The notes below the pieces were generated by a model. The model searched no databases, had not been told where the DNA came from, and worked only from the letters and a program-made list of their open reading frames with translations. DNA of 64,000 nucleotides from Hemiscyllium ocellatum (lineage: Eukaryota). The stretch covers positions 58,866,320 through 58,930,319 of the forward strand of contig NC_083412.1 in NCBI RefSeq assembly GCF_020745735.1, in the 5' to 3' direction. Shown piece by piece: positions 1 to 13,835 of this stretch (positions are counted from its first letter, which is position 1; every line of letters starts with the position of its first letter). The position numbers were made by a program, and so were the translations under genes.

Positions 1-1
1 C

Positions 2-305
2 ATCCAGTGTGATGTGAGTGGGTACCAGGGGTCACCACAGCAGAACTTTGAGTGGTCCCTCTTTCGTCCAGACAAGCCTACACTGAAAATCCAGATTATC
101 AGCACGAATGATCCTGTGTTCTCTTATGCTGTGTTTGGAGGAAGAGTGCAGAAGAATGAGATTTACATCGAGAGGCTGAAAGGAGACTCTGTGCTGTTAC
201 ACATTACAAAGCTGCAGAAAAGTGATGAAGGGACATATGAGTGTGCCACTCCGAGCACAGACGACGTGTACTGGGGGTCCTACAGTGCCGTAACGAACTT
301 GACAG
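2..305 (+). CDS. CD101: EWI-family Ig gene (CD101/IGSF2-like; IGSF3-like is the alternative), Ig domain 1 exon, 5'-partial
   Basis: Frame from base 2 reads IQCDVSGYQGSPQQNFEWSLF...YECATPSTDDVYWGSYSAVTNLT, matching recalled D1 of CD101/IGSF3 (CNVSGYQGPSEQNFQWS...YECHTPSTD..Y.GSYSA). Donor ACAG|GTGGG at 305/306, phase 1. Confidence 0.93.
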
Positions 306-589
306 GTGGGTTTTTCAAGCATTCTTCTTTTCTCAGTGTTGTACTTTATCTGCTCATCATCAACTTCAGAGTTCTGATTGAAAATATCAGAAAGATGGCA
401 GCACCCAATTAAACATGCTTCTGTTTACAATTATCATCTATTGAAAATGCAACAATAAGTACTATCAATCCTTTCCAGGTCTCAACACGCCAATATGAAT
501 CTGATTACATTCAAAGCAATGCAGAATTATACACCTTTTGAGCATTTAGATTAATGCACCATTAGGAGATCTAATTATATAGATATGGA

Positions 590-830
590 CAGACATACAA
601 AACATACAAAAGTATGATAAAGGAAGACCGGTAGAGCACTTGGCTCTTCAAGCCTGTTCTGCCATGAGATAAGGTCAGGGCTGGTCTCATTTTAACCTTT
701 AATCTACAACCTGCAAAACTCCGACAGTCTTTCATTCCCTTAGTAATCAAGAATCTTTCTACCTCTGCCTTCAAAATATTCAAAAGTTCTTCAATTGCCT
801 TTTCAGAAAGGAATTGCAAATATAAAATTC
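590..830 (-). mobile_element. CR1-type LINE 3' end fragment
   Basis: Resembles the other minus-strand CR1 3' ends in the window (e.g. 38455-38700 and 60380-60720). Confidence 0.55.
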
Positions 831-1482
831 TATTGAGCTCATAGTGCAAGCATGTAGCACCTAGAAATACATCTTTTTTAAACCTGTTTTGTTGAATATA
901 CAGATTTGCTTTTTCCTATTCAGCATGAAGAAATGAACCATGTAATTCTACTGTATATGCAGTTTGTTTATTTATAGGTAAACATATTTCTTTGTGATTT
1001 GCTGGTAAGTGAATAAAAGGGGAAGTGCATTCATTATCAACTGAATTAGATAAGCAGTTTGCTCATGTGGTATAGGGGTAATAATATTTCCAATCAAGCA
1101 TTTCATTGTTTATCATATTCAAAATGCTTTTTGATTGCAACATCCCTTGGCCTAGTTAGTGATGGAAATTCCTCCTGTGATACTGAGCCCTAGATATCAT
1201 AGGTTCAATTTATCGAATCATTGAATGTCACAGCACAGACGGAATATGTTTGGCTCTACACTCTTTGAAAGAGCTATTCAATTAATCTTTTCTCTTTACT
1301 CAGAACACTGCAATTTCTCCAATTCTCTGTTGATAGTTAGTATTGGATCTGCTTCCATCACACTTCCATGAAGCTGATGACGATAATATCATGCTCCTTC
1401 CAAAATAAAATGTTTCTTTATCTGACCTCCGATTCCTTTGTCAATTACATCAACCTCTCTCCTCTGGTTACTGACTGCCACT

Positions 1483-3420
1483 GAAATCACAGAACTTAGA
1501 CAGTTACAGCACAGTACAGGCCCATCGGCCCTCGATGTTGTGCCATCTTGTGAATCCAATCCGAAGCTCATCGAACTGACACTATTCCATACTTGTCCAT
1601 ATGCCTATCCAATGACCACTTAAATGCCCTTTAAGTTAGTGAGTCTACAACAGTTGCAGGCAGTGTGTTCCATGCCTACTACTCTGAGTAAAGAGACATT
1701 GGACAGATGTCAGAGGTAGTTTATCACCCCTCAGTTTGAAGCTGTGCCAGCCATCATCATCCTCGGGAAAAGGCTCTCACTGTCCACCTGAACTAACCCT
1801 CTGATTATCTTATACGTCTCAATTAAGTCACCTCTCAACCTCCTCTAATGAAAACAGTATCAAGTCCCTCTACTTTTCCTCATCAGACTTTCCCTCCATA
1901 CCAGGCAACATTCTAGTGAATCTCCTCTGCACCCTTTCCAAAGCTTCCACATCCTTCCAATAATACAGTGACTAGAACTGTACGCAATACTCCCAAGTGA
2001 GTCCGCACCAGAGTTGTGTACAGCTGCAGCATGACCTCATGATTTTGAAACTCAATCCCTCTACTAATAAAGCAGCATACGGTGTGTTAGCTTTTAACAG
2101 CCCTAACAACCTGGGTGGCAACTTTGAGGGATCTACGTACATGGATACTGAGATCTTTCTGCTCATCTACACTACCAAGAATCTTACCATTCGCCCACTA
2201 CTCTGCATTCCTGTTGCTCCTTCCAAAGTGAATCACCTCACATTTTTCTGCATTAAAGTCCATTTGCCACCTCTCAGCCCAGCTCTGAAGCTTAACTATG
2301 TCCTTCTGTAACCTACAACATCCTCCAGCACTATCCACAACTCTACTGACCTTAGTGTCATCCACAAATTTACTAATCCATCCTTCTATCCCTCATCTAC
2401 ATCATTTTTATAAATGACAAATAGCAGTGGATCCCAAACAGATCCTTGCGGTACACCTCTAGTAACTGATCTCCATGATGAACATTTCCGATCGACCACC
2501 ATCCTCTGACTTCTTTCAGATAACCAATTTCTGATCCAAATCACTAAATTGCCCTTAATCCCATGCCTCTGTATTTTGTGCAGTAATCTACCATAGGGAA
2601 CCTTATTTAAATGCCTTACTGAAATCCATATACACCACATCAACAGCTTTACCCTCATCCACCTGTTTGTTCACTTTCTCAAAGAACTCAATAAGGTATA
2701 TGAGGCACGACCTACCCTTCACAAAACTGTGCTGACTGTCCTTAATTAACTTACTCCTTTCTAGATGATGAGAAATCCTATCTCTTATAACCTTTACCAA
2801 CACTTTATCCGCAACCGAAGTAAGGCTCACTGGTCTATAATTACCAGGGTTGTCTCTACTCCCCTTCTTGATCAAGGGAACAATATTTCCCATCCTCCAG
2901 TCTCTGGCACTATTCCTATAGACAATCACAACAGAAAGATCAAAGCCAAAGCCTCAGCAATCTTCTCCCTTGCTTCCCAGAGAATCCTTAGATAAATCCC
3001 ATCCGGCCGAAGGGAATTTATCTATTTTCACACTTCCTAGAATTTCTTGATTGGCCCTATTCTTACTCTAGTCATTCTTTATCCCTTATATACGTAAAGA
3101 AAGCTTTAGGGTTTTCTCTGATCCTATCCACCAACAACTTCTCATGTCCTCTCCTCATTCATCTTAGCGCTCTCTTTTGGTCTTTCCTGGCTACCTTGTA
3201 ACTTTCAATTGCCCTAACTGAACCTTCACATCTCATCCTAACATAAGCTGCCTTCTTCCCCTTGACAAGAGATTCAACTTTCTTAGTAAACCATGGCTCC
3301 TGCACTCGACAACCTCCTCCCTGTCTGACAGATATATACTTATCAAGGACACACAGTGGCTGTTCCTTGAATAAACTCAGTTTCTCTTCATTCACTCTAT
3401 CAAACTGCCAGAAGTGTTTG
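1483..3420 (-). mobile_element. CR1 (HER1-like) LINE, 5'-truncated, degenerate RT
   Basis: Minus-strand ORF pieces [32 protein letters not shown] and [19 protein letters not shown]. Confidence 0.9.
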
Positions 3421-3845
3421 AATGTTTCTGTCAAGTGTCCCTATAATCTTCGATAAGTTCAGCAAAACAACCTCAGAATTCTTTCTCATCTCTCCACTTT
3501 ATGATATGTATTTTATCCCTGGTACAAAGCTATTGGTCAGAGGGCAGTTAAGAGATAACCAAAATGCTGTGGAAATAGTCACAAATAGGTTAGACTGACT
3601 GAAAAAGTCAGAATTGCTCCCCTAATCAGCAGTGTTAGCAGACTGCACAAGCTAATTCAAAACCAAAAGCTATACATTTGCCAGCAGGGATCACACAATA
3701 GTTTTGGGAATAGAATCCCTTTCTGGCCACTCCCATTCTAGTCAAATATTGCTGAGGGATCAGTGGCTGTTTCCATCTATTTGTGTATAGTATAATAACA
3801 TATAATACCGTCATCTAATTTATTGATCTATTAGATTTTTTTTTT

Positions 3846-4188
3846 AGATTACTTACAGTGTGTAAACAGGCCCTTCGGCCCAACAAGTCCACACCGACCC
3901 GCCGAAGCGCAACCCACCCATACCCTTACATTTACCCTTTACCTAACAATACGGGCAATTTAGCATGGCCAATTCACCTGACCCGCACATCTTTGGATTG
4001 TGGGAGGAAACCGGAGCACCCGGAGGAAACCCACGCAGACACAGGGAGCATGTGCAAACTCCACACAGTCAGTCACCAGAGTCAGGAATTGAACCCGGGT
4101 CTCAGGCGCTGTGAGGCAGCAGTGCTAACCACTGTGCCACCGTGCCACCCACTTGCCACCGTGCCGCCCACATGCCACCGTGCTGCCC
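3846..4188 (-). mobile_element. HE1/V-SINE
   Basis: tRNA-like head, V-domain (GGCCATGCTAAATTGCCC) and CR1-like tail TTGGGCCGAAGGGCCTGTTT. Head motif GCCACCGTGCC is tandemly repeated at 4130-4188. Confidence 0.9.
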
Positions 4189-4261
4189 ATCTATTGGGGA
4201 TGGCCAGAAAATCAAGAATTTTAATACATTATGCTACAGTGTACAAATGTTCTGCTCAAAG

Positions 4262-4440
4262 CCTCATTTACCTGTTTTGGAAGTAGGTTTGCTTGCTGAG
4301 CTGAAAGGTTCATTTCCAGATGTTTCGTCACCCTACTACGTAATGTCTTCAGTGGGCCTCAGGCGAAGCAATGCTGAAAATTCCTGCTTACTATTTATAT
4401 CTTTGGGTTTCTTTGGGTTGGTGATGTCATTTCCTGGGTG
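4262..4440 (-). mobile_element. Probable PLE terminal-repeat fragment (family 3) with a decayed HHR at 4316-4355
   Basis: Minus strand reads CCA-CTGAAGA-C-ATTACG-TAGTAG-GGTGAC-GAAA-CATC-TGG. Confidence 0.55.
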
Positions 4441-4738
4441 ATGTTATCAAAACTCACTCTCATTATTTGTATCCCATGTGGATTCGAACACTAGTCAGGA
4501 AGGACTTTAATTTATTATGGCAACTGGGTCCTGTAGAGTATTAGATTTGTAATTTGCTTTTCCATGTTTTTATTTCATGTCATACTGAGGATAAGTTTGA
4601 TAAGTATGGATGATATTGGTTGTGTTAAGATACCATTAAGACAAATAAGATTGTGGAAGTATTGCTTTGTTGTAGACTGAATATGATTGTCTATTGTCCA
4701 ACCTGAAAAGCATACTGAAAACATATATGTTCTTACAG

Positions 4739-5146
4739 TAATTCCAGACACGCTGAGTGCAACATTGGCACCCCAGACCCTGGATAAAGTTGAAGGTGAC
4801 TCCCTGGAACTGCTCTGTGAAGTATCCAAAGAAACATCACAGCACACGCATGTGGCTGTCACATGGTACATACAGAAGGGAGATCAGAATCTCACAGTTA
4901 TCTCTCTAACAAAAGATTTCATCCTACGTTCCGGAGATTCATATAAGCAGAGACAGACATCAGGAGATGTACGACTAGATAAGATTGGTGTGACTTCATT
5001 CAAACTCACCATCTCTAAACTACAGATGTCAGATCAGGGCGATTACTTTTGTGAAGGTGCAGAGTGGATTCAAGACTTAAACAAATCCTGGTATGGCCTG
5101 TCTAGTAAAAATACTGAAGGTACCACAGTGAATGTTAAGAGCATAG
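4739..5146 (+). CDS. CD101: Ig domain 2 exon, carries the EWI motif
   Basis: Acceptor TTACAG|TA, donor ATAG|GTAAGA, 408 nt, phase 1-1. (V)IPDTLSATLAPQTLDKVEGDSLELLCEVSKETSQHTHVAVTW...YFCEGAEWIQD. Confidence 0.95.
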
Positions 5147-6461
5147 GTAAGACCCGTAACTACAAAAAATTATCTCCTTTCACAGCTACAGTTTCATAAC
5201 ATGAATGCTTCAACTATTGTAGTAAGAAAATCATGCTGAATAAATTTCAGCAATATCCTGCTGAACTTCCTGTACAAACTTTTGCAATGTGTAGTGAAGT
5301 TGCGAAAGGCTTGAAATTGCATGTTCACTGTCTACTTTACTGGCATTACCACAAGATTTATTACTAGAAAGGCAAGATAGACACAAAAAGGAAAATGTTG
5401 CACAATTGGATGTAAGCTTGAACTGAAGTCAGGTCATGTAAGAACAGACTCCTGTTGTAATTCTACGGCCAGCTCTCAACAATGTGATGGAGGTAGATTT
5501 CTGGTTTTGCAAGTGCCTGAGAGGATGCTTTGGTCCACAGCAGTCCAAGAAATTAGCTACTGCTGCAGGATTGCAGGGCTGCAGTTTTCACTAGCCTATC
5601 AAGGTTATAAGTTGCTACAGAGATTCTGAATACCTGGGGGGAATGTAACAGCACAGAAGAAACCCAGAGTTTTAGATGGGGCTTGATGCAGCTGTTGTTC
5701 TAAGGGGCAATGATACTAAACGATCACAAGAGTATTTAGACTGTGAGATAGTATTGTAGAAAAGGAGCATATGTTTTCACTGAGGTATCACATAAAGGTC
5801 CAGCTCAATTTGATACCTACAATCTGGAAAGACATTCAGAATATAAATTCAAATTTTAGTTTGTGAATTAACTGCATCTGGGGCAGACAGAATGAAAATT
5901 GTTCATGAATTATTCAACTGGCTCCTGGTGGACTCAATCAATTCCCAATGTCATTCTCCAGCAGATACCTCAAAAATATATCTATTCAATTCTGGTTTTG
6001 TCAATTCATATAGCATGTCAATGTATTACATGAATATTTCTTATTATTTGTATAGAAAATTAAGCAAAGCATGGTTCATACTGCTATGGAGAAAGGATTG
6101 AGATTTAACATTTAAATTCTTCTGAGGAAGCAAAGTAACAATTATAATCTTTACCAAGTTAACTCAACTCAATTTGAGAGAAACTATTCTGTCTTCAGCT
6201 ACCTCAAAGCAAGTAGGCATTATTTAATTGCTGCCCACATTCTCTCATCCTTGATGGAGATAGAAATCCACTGGAATTGCAGGAGTTATTTAAATGAGGC
6301 CTACACCAAAAAATCAAGGATTAGCATTGTTTCAGGATAATTCTTCTAAGTTAATTTGTAGTGGGATTCCATCCATTCGAAAAAATACACTTGTCAAGTT
6401 GCTTCTGCTGAACTGGGAAAGGAGAAAATAATTAGTTGAAATGCAATTTTCTTCGACTCCC

Positions 6462-6744
6462 TGCAGAATGGAAACAGACCAATTGACCCAACAAGTCCAC
6501 ATTGACCCTCCAAAGAGTAATTCACCCAGACTCATTCCCCTACATTTACCCCTGACTAATGCACCTAACACCATGGGCAATTTAGCATGGCCAATTCACC
6601 TTACCTGCACATTTTTGGATTGCGGGAAGAAACTGGAGCACCCAGAGAAACCTGCACAGACACTGGGAGAATGTGTCAACTCCACAGAGACAGTCCCTGG
6701 CACTGTGAGGCAGCAGTGCTGACCACTGAGCCACCATGCTGCCC
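6462..6744 (-). mobile_element. HE1/V-SINE
   Basis: Same head, V-domain and tail as 3846-4188. Confidence 0.9.
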
Positions 6745-7149
6745 TTGTTGGACTGTTTATGTATGTACATTTATACATGTGAATATATACATGTGGTGGG
6801 CTGCCCTCTTTGAGTTGAGGGACAATGTAAATATTTTTATATCTCAGGCAAATTTGGAACAAATTATTTCTCAGCTGGTTTTGTTCAAAGTCTGCGATCT
6901 GTTTGAAGACATCAGTGGGCGAGAAAAGCAAAACAACTGAGGATTGAATAAAACGTGATGCATTTGTTAGAAAAACAACATGAATCAGAATAATCAAACA
7001 TTTGGTAAAGTTTGATATTGAGGATGAGGACAGCAATTACTATGGAGTGAGTCATTACTGCTGTTCAACAAATCTGCGTTCAGTCTATTGATCAGGCTGG
7101 TCTAGGACTGGTCATTTTGCTGTATCACTAGGTTAAAAAATATTACCAG

Positions 7150-7380
7150 AAGCTTGATATATAACAATGGAGCTAAAATATAATATTGAGGATTTACTGC
7201 CCAGCTTTTGGTTGGCTACGAGACACCTTAACTGATGATCAAGTAAAAACACATTTTGGTTGAAACTAAACCTGCAAAAACTTTGAATAAACATTCAGCA
7301 GTATAATAGAGCTTGCAAATGAGAATCTCATTGACAATATTTCATAGATATGAAGGCAAAGACTAAGGAATTTAGCTAAT
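7150..7380 (+). mobile_element. Possible decayed hAT transposase C-terminal fragment
   Basis: Frameshifted pieces QVKTHF, SSIIELANENLID and FIDMKAKTKEFS* loosely fit the hAT dimerisation-domain end (SIE.ELA...LID.F..KAR). Confidence 0.3.
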
Positions 7381-7874
7381 GTTGATTAATCTTCCATTAA
7401 TTCAGTGTATTCTCAATCTCGGATAGTTGCAATTCTATCCTCTTTCCAGTATCTTAAAAGCTTCAGTCTGACCATGATTGTCCATTATGTCTCAATAGCA
7501 AAATTGGACCCCTCAATTATTTAAAAATGATGCTTTCATTCTGAGCATTAAGAATTGATATATTCACTGGTAATCTGCCAGTATTCTATAGTTGATGGCT
7601 TGGGTAAAGTAATCCATCATCCACCCAACTGCAGCCTTGTATATTGGTTTATAATGGTAGTGACCTTCATAGAGTGGGTACCAATTTCAGAAACACTTGC
7701 AATAGAGACAGGAATGTTTCTCCCATGGATGTTTAGACTACAATTAGAAAATTATAACATTATTAGGTTCAATTAATTATCTCATTGAGCTTTGATAGGC
7801 ATTAGAATCCACTATAGACATCCTAGTGACTGGGCTTCTCTGATTCTTTAGTGCCAGTTGGCTACTATTCTAAC

Positions 7875-8405
7875 TTATTTTTATTCATTCACAAGATGCA
7901 GCTGTCACTGGCTCAGCTTGCATTCATTGCCCTTGAGAAGACAATAGTGAGCAGTCTTTTTGAACAGTCACAGTCCGTGTGGTGTAAGTACACCCAGTGC
8001 TGTGAGTGAGGGACGTTAACAGTAAAAGAATGCTGATGTAATACTAAGTCAGGATGATGAGTGGTTTGAAGGAGAGCTGCAGATGGTGATATTCCCATGT
8101 ATCTGCTGCTGCCCATGTCCTACATGTGATAAATGTGAGTTGGAGCTGGCTAACGGGCCTTTGAGTTGTTGCAGTGCATCTCATAGATGGTACTGTTGCC
8201 ACTGTGCTTCAGTCAGGAGGGAGTGAATGTTGACGGTGATGGTTGGGCTGCCAATTAAGTGAGCTGCTTTGTCTTGGATGATGTCAAGCTTCTTAAATGT
8301 TGTAGGAGCTGCACTCATCCAGGCAAGTGGAGAGTATTCCATCCTGACTTGTGTCTTGCAGATGGTGGACAGGCTTTGAGGAGTCAGCAGATAGGTTACT
8401 CATGC
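7875..8405 (-). mobile_element. L2/CR1-group LINE 3' fragment
   Basis: Homologous to 19065-20700. Minus strand encodes LSTICKTQVR..EYSPLAWMS-like RT C-terminus. Confidence 0.7.
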
Positions 8406-9696
8406 ATCCAGTTTGTTTTCAGATTAAACCAGTTGGCAACTTTTAGGTATGGTTACATGCGCTGGCAGCTGGATCAAAGATTATCTGGTATCTGCAATAA
8501 AACACAGAGTTAGGTGAAAGAGCTGAGCACATTTGGATTTTGCAGTCCAATTGAACAAAATCAGATTTCAGTCTTTGTTCAAATTCAGTATAAGTAAACA
8601 TTCATATGTGTGCAGGTAATATTGTTTGTGGGGAAAAAATTGCAGATACCGCAGCCAGTTATTTTGGAGCCTCCCTTTTGATGCCTTTGCATTGCATTTA
8701 TACATACATAAACAAAACAAATGCGTAGATATAATATGTATGTTAATTAAATTCCAAATTTTCCTCTTTTACGCTGCTCTCAGCTATACTGTTCTTTTCG
8801 ATGACAACTATTGAATGGTTTGCTAGGAGTCTGACTAAGTGGCAGTGACAGGAGATCATAAGAAACAATAATGTACAAGACAGGTTAATTATAGCAAAAG
8901 CAGTCTGAGATGTACAAACTGAAGGGCTTTTGTTGAAGTTTGAATCACTGACCTTTTGATGAACGGCAGTATTATGTTAATGCACAGAGTGAATCACTGC
9001 TCTTAACCTTCATGAGGCTTCAATTGCTGATGTGATCAGTTTCAGCTTCAATGGCACTTTTCAGTTTACACCAAAGAGACCATTTTACAATTTAAAAGTA
9101 ACCTTTATGGTCCAGGGTGCACCACTTAAAGGCAGATGTAATAAGTACCTTTGTTGACTCATTTTGGATGACTGCCAGTAGTGAGCTGGTGACAGTCTCT
9201 GAATTTTGATAAGGAGGCATTATAGAGCTTGAATTTTACATTCATTTGCTTCCATCTCATTTTGATCCCTTAATCTCTGTGCACATTCCATTACCCCTCT
9301 CCAGTTATGAAGGTATGTTGCTCTATGCCCTCAGGATTCTTAAGCAAATAGGAAAGATAAATTAGATCCATTTAAGTTAAGTAACAGTTTGAAGAACATT
9401 GAGAAATTTAGCAGATCTTGTTTTAAAAACGAAGCAAGTAATTATGCTGAAAGTATCTCCCTAGACCATCAAGAAACCAATGCAACCTATGGAAATTTTC
9501 TCTGGCAATCTCTCCATTAAAGCAGATTCAGTGCAAAGCCAGTCATACTTCTAATCTTTTTGCATAATTTTATTTTCTCGGGTCTACATTAAAGTCAGAA
9601 TTGAAATGGAGGTCTTTTTATCCGGCTAAAATTTGTCAAATTTGCTCACTTTGATTTTTACTGACACAGTCATGATATTCATTTTATTTCACACAG

Positions 9697-10077
9697 GTAA
9701 CCAGTTTCTTGCTCTGATTAAAGCCACTGAAGTCAACATTATTGTAGGAGGCTCACTGGAAATATTCTGCACAGTTGAAGCTCAGAATTTCCCAGAACGT
9801 TTCTTCTCTGTTGCCTGGTTCTTAAACAACAGAGAGATAATCCGGATTGGACCAAATGCAGTACCATCTTTTCATGGGGACTATAACATGAGAGAGAGCC
9901 TGGGAAAGGTGGTGGTCCATAAGAAAAGCGAGAGGGTTTATGTTCTGAAAATGTATCAGATTCAAGCAGAAGATGGCGGCTCTTATTACTGTCAGGCGGA
10001 GGAGAGTGAGAAAGTCTCATCTGCAGCATTCTCAACTAATAAATCAAAGGAGATCACCATCACTGTTCATCGACCAC
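9697..10077 (+). CDS. CD101: Ig domain 3 exon
   Basis: Acceptor CACAG|GT, donor CCAC|GTAAGA, 381 nt, phase 1-1. LEIFCTVEAQNFPERFFSVAWF...IGPNAVP...YYCQ. Confidence 0.94.
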
Positions 10078-10144
10078 GTAAGAAACCTGCAAATAAATTT
10101 TCTTGTTTCTGCTAGCGATTAAGGTATTAGGAGCTGTATTATGT

Positions 10145-10560
10145 CACGGTTCCTTGTCTAATTAAGAATATCCTTGCCATAGAAAAAATGGAACAAAGAT
10201 TCACCAGCTTGATCCCTGGCAAAGTTCTATGAGAAGAGAGTAAAGAGACTGTGTCTATATTCTCTGGAATTTAGAAGAATGGGAGGTGATCTCATTGAAG
10301 CAAACAAGACCTTTACAAAGATTGATGGTAAAATGCTGCAGGAAGGATGTTTCCCTTGGTTGGGGAGTCTAGCACTGGATATCAAAGTCTTAAAGCAAGA
10401 GAGAGGCTACTTAGGATTGAGATGAGGAGGAATCTTTAGAATTCTCTACACCAGAGGCCTGTGGATGTTCAGTCTTTCAAGGCAGAGATTTATAGATTTC
10501 TAGATACCGGTAATAAAGATATCAAGGATGTGGGGATAGCACTGACACAGCCTGCAATTC
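10145..10560 (+). mobile_element. CR1 LINE 3' fragment
   Basis: Degenerate C-terminal ORF2 and 3' UTR (GGAGTCTAG..AGGATTGAGATGAGGAGGAAT). Confidence 0.65.
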
Positions 10561-11402
10561 AATTAGATAACGGGTGGTTTTTTATCTCAACACTGTTTTC
10601 CAGTACTATCTCCAATATCTTTAATATCTATAAATCTGTAAATTTCCATGAAATTTAGAAATCCAAGATACAATGAGATCATCTCAGGCATAGAAAGGAA
10701 ACCGGCTCAAAAATGAATGCTCTCAAAGCTATTATTTTCTTGTAGCGAAGATGCAAGTATACTCCATTTTAATAGGTATAACAATTTATACTAGAAGAGA
10801 AATAGGGTGCTGACTGAAATTGAAAATTGGCAAGTTGACTCTGGTTGCGATGTTGCTATAGGGAATGTAGCAGGGTGGTGTTGCTCCCCCAAGGTTTTGA
10901 TTGCTAGGAAAGGTGCTGTATGTAGATGTGTCATTTTGCTTGCAGAGACAGCCCCCCCGCATATGAATATGTGTCGCTCGTAGCAAGTGTAAGTGAACCA
11001 CATTGTAAACTTGATGGATGATCTTTACGTAATTCTTCATGTAATTGTTCACATAATTCTTGTCATAGTCTAGAATGTTCTCCATAAAATGCTATCTCTA
11101 TCTGTCTCTCTGTTTTATTAAGATGATTATTGAAACCTACTTCTTTGATCAAACCTTTTAATTACCTTTCCCGATTTCTCATCATTCAAGAGAAGTCTTG
11201 AAGGTTCTTGTTAAGTGCTGTGTATAGTTTTGCTCTGTAAAGTGTGCTACACAAATGTAAGCTATTATCATCTGCTGATATTCACAAACCTCTCAGTCTT
11301 CACTGTGTCAGCTAGCATCTTTGATTAAACCCAGAACTTACATTTTTCCAAATGTAGCCTCCTTATATCTCTCACATTATGCCTGTTCTTGTCATTTTAC
11401 AG

Positions 11403-11807
11403 AAGCCAACCTTAAAGTCATAATCGACAGTAGTATGACTGAGGTTTTGGAAGGTGATTCCATTCAGTTTACCTGTGATATTCATACAGCAAGTGCAGCC
11501 TATGGGCAGCTCTCTATTACTTGGCAAATGACAAACAACCAGAACCAAAACAATGATGTCATTGGAATGGACCAAGCTGGTATTCAGGTTACTTACCAAC
11601 CTTATCAGGAGAGAGTGATCAGCAATGACATCAGAATGGCACGAGTGCAATCAAATTCTTTCACATTGGACATTTATAATGCTCAGACTTCAGATCAAGG
11701 ACAGTATGCTTGCAAAGTGATGGAATGGGAAGCAGAATCTAATGGAAACTGGCGCCTTATTGGAGAATATTTCAGTGACAAAAAGGCAGTAACTATCAAA
11801 TCCCTTG
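11403..11807 (+). CDS. CD101: Ig domain 4 exon
   Basis: Acceptor TTTTACAG|AA, donor CTTG|GTAAGT, 405 nt, phase 1-1. EGDSIQFTCDI...SITWQ...DQGQYACKVMEWE. Confidence 0.94.
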
Positions 11808-13384
11808 GTAAGTAATTCAGTGTTGAATATTGTGGTATTTCATTTAATCAATTGCATGATTCACAATTAGACAAAAGGGATACTTTTTAATAGGATGGCC
11901 TTTATTCTATCATAATCAAGGCACAGCATTCCGCAGTCAATAAAAGAATTTCCATTGCCTTCACGGTTACGGTCAGCACAGTCACGATGAGCTAAAGGGC
12001 GTGTTCCTGTGCTGTATTGTTCTACATTCTAAGTTCACTGATTAAGCTGATGGCAAAATGCAATGTGTATGGAAAAAAAAGTCTTCCTATTTATAAATTT
12101 TGAAGTAAGCTCCATTCGGTGTCTCCTTGCATCATGCCACATTGAATAAATGAGTAACTTTTGATTAATTGCTGAAGAGGTGGGTGAGAATATTTGTGAG
12201 AGATGAGGGGTGAACATTTCTCTTACATACCCGACATCTTTAAAATAATTGCCCATAATCCAGGATTGGCCTCTTCTACTCTGTCTCACTTCTGTGCAGC
12301 TCGGACAGGAAAGGCATCGGGATTATCTTGTTGGCCCATGATGCTGAATACTGAACCCACAAATGATTGAGCCACCACATTGTTTCATGTAGGAAATGTG
12401 TTTAATTGAATGGATGGCAACAAAACCTCAGATGTTAAATATTGGAAGTAATTGAATAGAAAATGATGGAAGTGCATTAAGATCAGAGAATCTGTAAAAA
12501 CACAAATGAATTTTGAAAATAAGGGGCTACCCATTAAAATGGAGAATTGGAGATATTTTTTAATCCCTCGGTGGATTGTAAGCCTGTGGAATTCTCTTCA
12601 CTGGAAGTGGTGGATAATTTTAAGACCGAGTTAGATGGATGCCTGGCTACCAAGGGGATCAAAGTTCATAGTAAGCAGACAGGAATGTTCAGTTGAGTCC
12701 ATGATCAGATCAGTTTTGTGTTCAAATGACAGAGCAGCTGCAAGGGGCCTACTGGCTCAGTGATACTCTTATAGTGTGACACCTTCTTGCATGTTTGTAT
12801 TATAACTCAGAGCAGGTTCCTCACATAAACTATTTCAGTGAGTTTGTTTCCATACTTGTAGAGGTAGCAGTCAGCCACAGCAATGTTAACCACCAGGTCT
12901 AGTGTTAATGCTGCTAGCTTTCCTATTGACCCGATAAAGATATAAAGAGGCACCGAACAGCTATTGCATAAGAAGATCTGGCAATTAACAGGTAACTGGC
13001 AGGACGGGTGTTCAGCCTGATCTACCTCTGCTCTTTATGGTTCTGCGAAGGAAAGTTTTAGAATTAATTAAAAGAGCCACTCCCACTTTCAGACAAGCTG
13101 CCTATTGGAATCTGCCTATCGCGAAAACCATGGTTTCACTGTTCAAAAAGTCATTGAATTGAACAAAAGAGCATTGTTCTGGTCCAGTGAATCCAGACCT
13201 GTGCTGTTTCTAAAATATTGAAAAAGGAAATTGATACCACAATATTGCAAACAATTTTTTACCCCTTGTGGGAACACTACGATTTGATTTAATTCAACTG
13301 ATACAGTTTGGGATTTGATGGTCTGTACTCTCAAGTCTCAGAGAGCTGCTGACAGTCTTTGATTTTTCTCTTTTGTGTTTGTAG

Positions 13385-13786
13385 AAAGTAACTTTCAGGT
13401 TACTGCAATCACCCGGACTCCAACCGTGAAGTACTATGGTACGTTTGAACTCCAATGTTTCATTAGGCCGGTAGATATCACCCATGTGCCAGCATCTATA
13501 ACCTGGAAATTCCAACCAGCCAATTCTAATGACAGCTACAATCTTGTTACTTTCACCCATGATACTGCGATTAAGTGGGGGAACATGGCAGAGAACTTCA
13601 AAGGAAAAATGATTGTGGTGAAATCTGTGTCCAATGCTGTCCGGTTGAGTGTCTCGAGGGCCAGCAAATTGGAAGCTGGAAAGTTTCTATGCATCGCAGA
13701 ATTATGGGGAAGGCGTAATGCAAACAAATGGGTCCAAAAAGCCAGCAGAACATCAAACATCCTGGAAGTAAAGGTCAGACCCCCAG
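13385..13786 (+). CDS. CD101: Ig domain 5 exon
   Basis: Acceptor TTTGTAG|AA, donor CCAG|GTAAAG, 402 nt, phase 1-1. FQVTAITRTPTVKY...LQCFIRP...ITWKFQP...EAGKFLCIAELW. Confidence 0.94.
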
Positions 13787-13835
13787 GTAAAGTGACAGGC
13801 TACTTTTTATATTTACAACATCAAAGTGGAACTGA

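Noticed and set aside
306-412. Hydrophobic extension of ORF 14..412 (FLSVVLYLLIINF) suggesting a one-domain membrane isoform
   Set aside because: It lies past a phase-1 donor that joins cleanly to D2. T-rich intron read-through explains it, and there is no transcript evidence.
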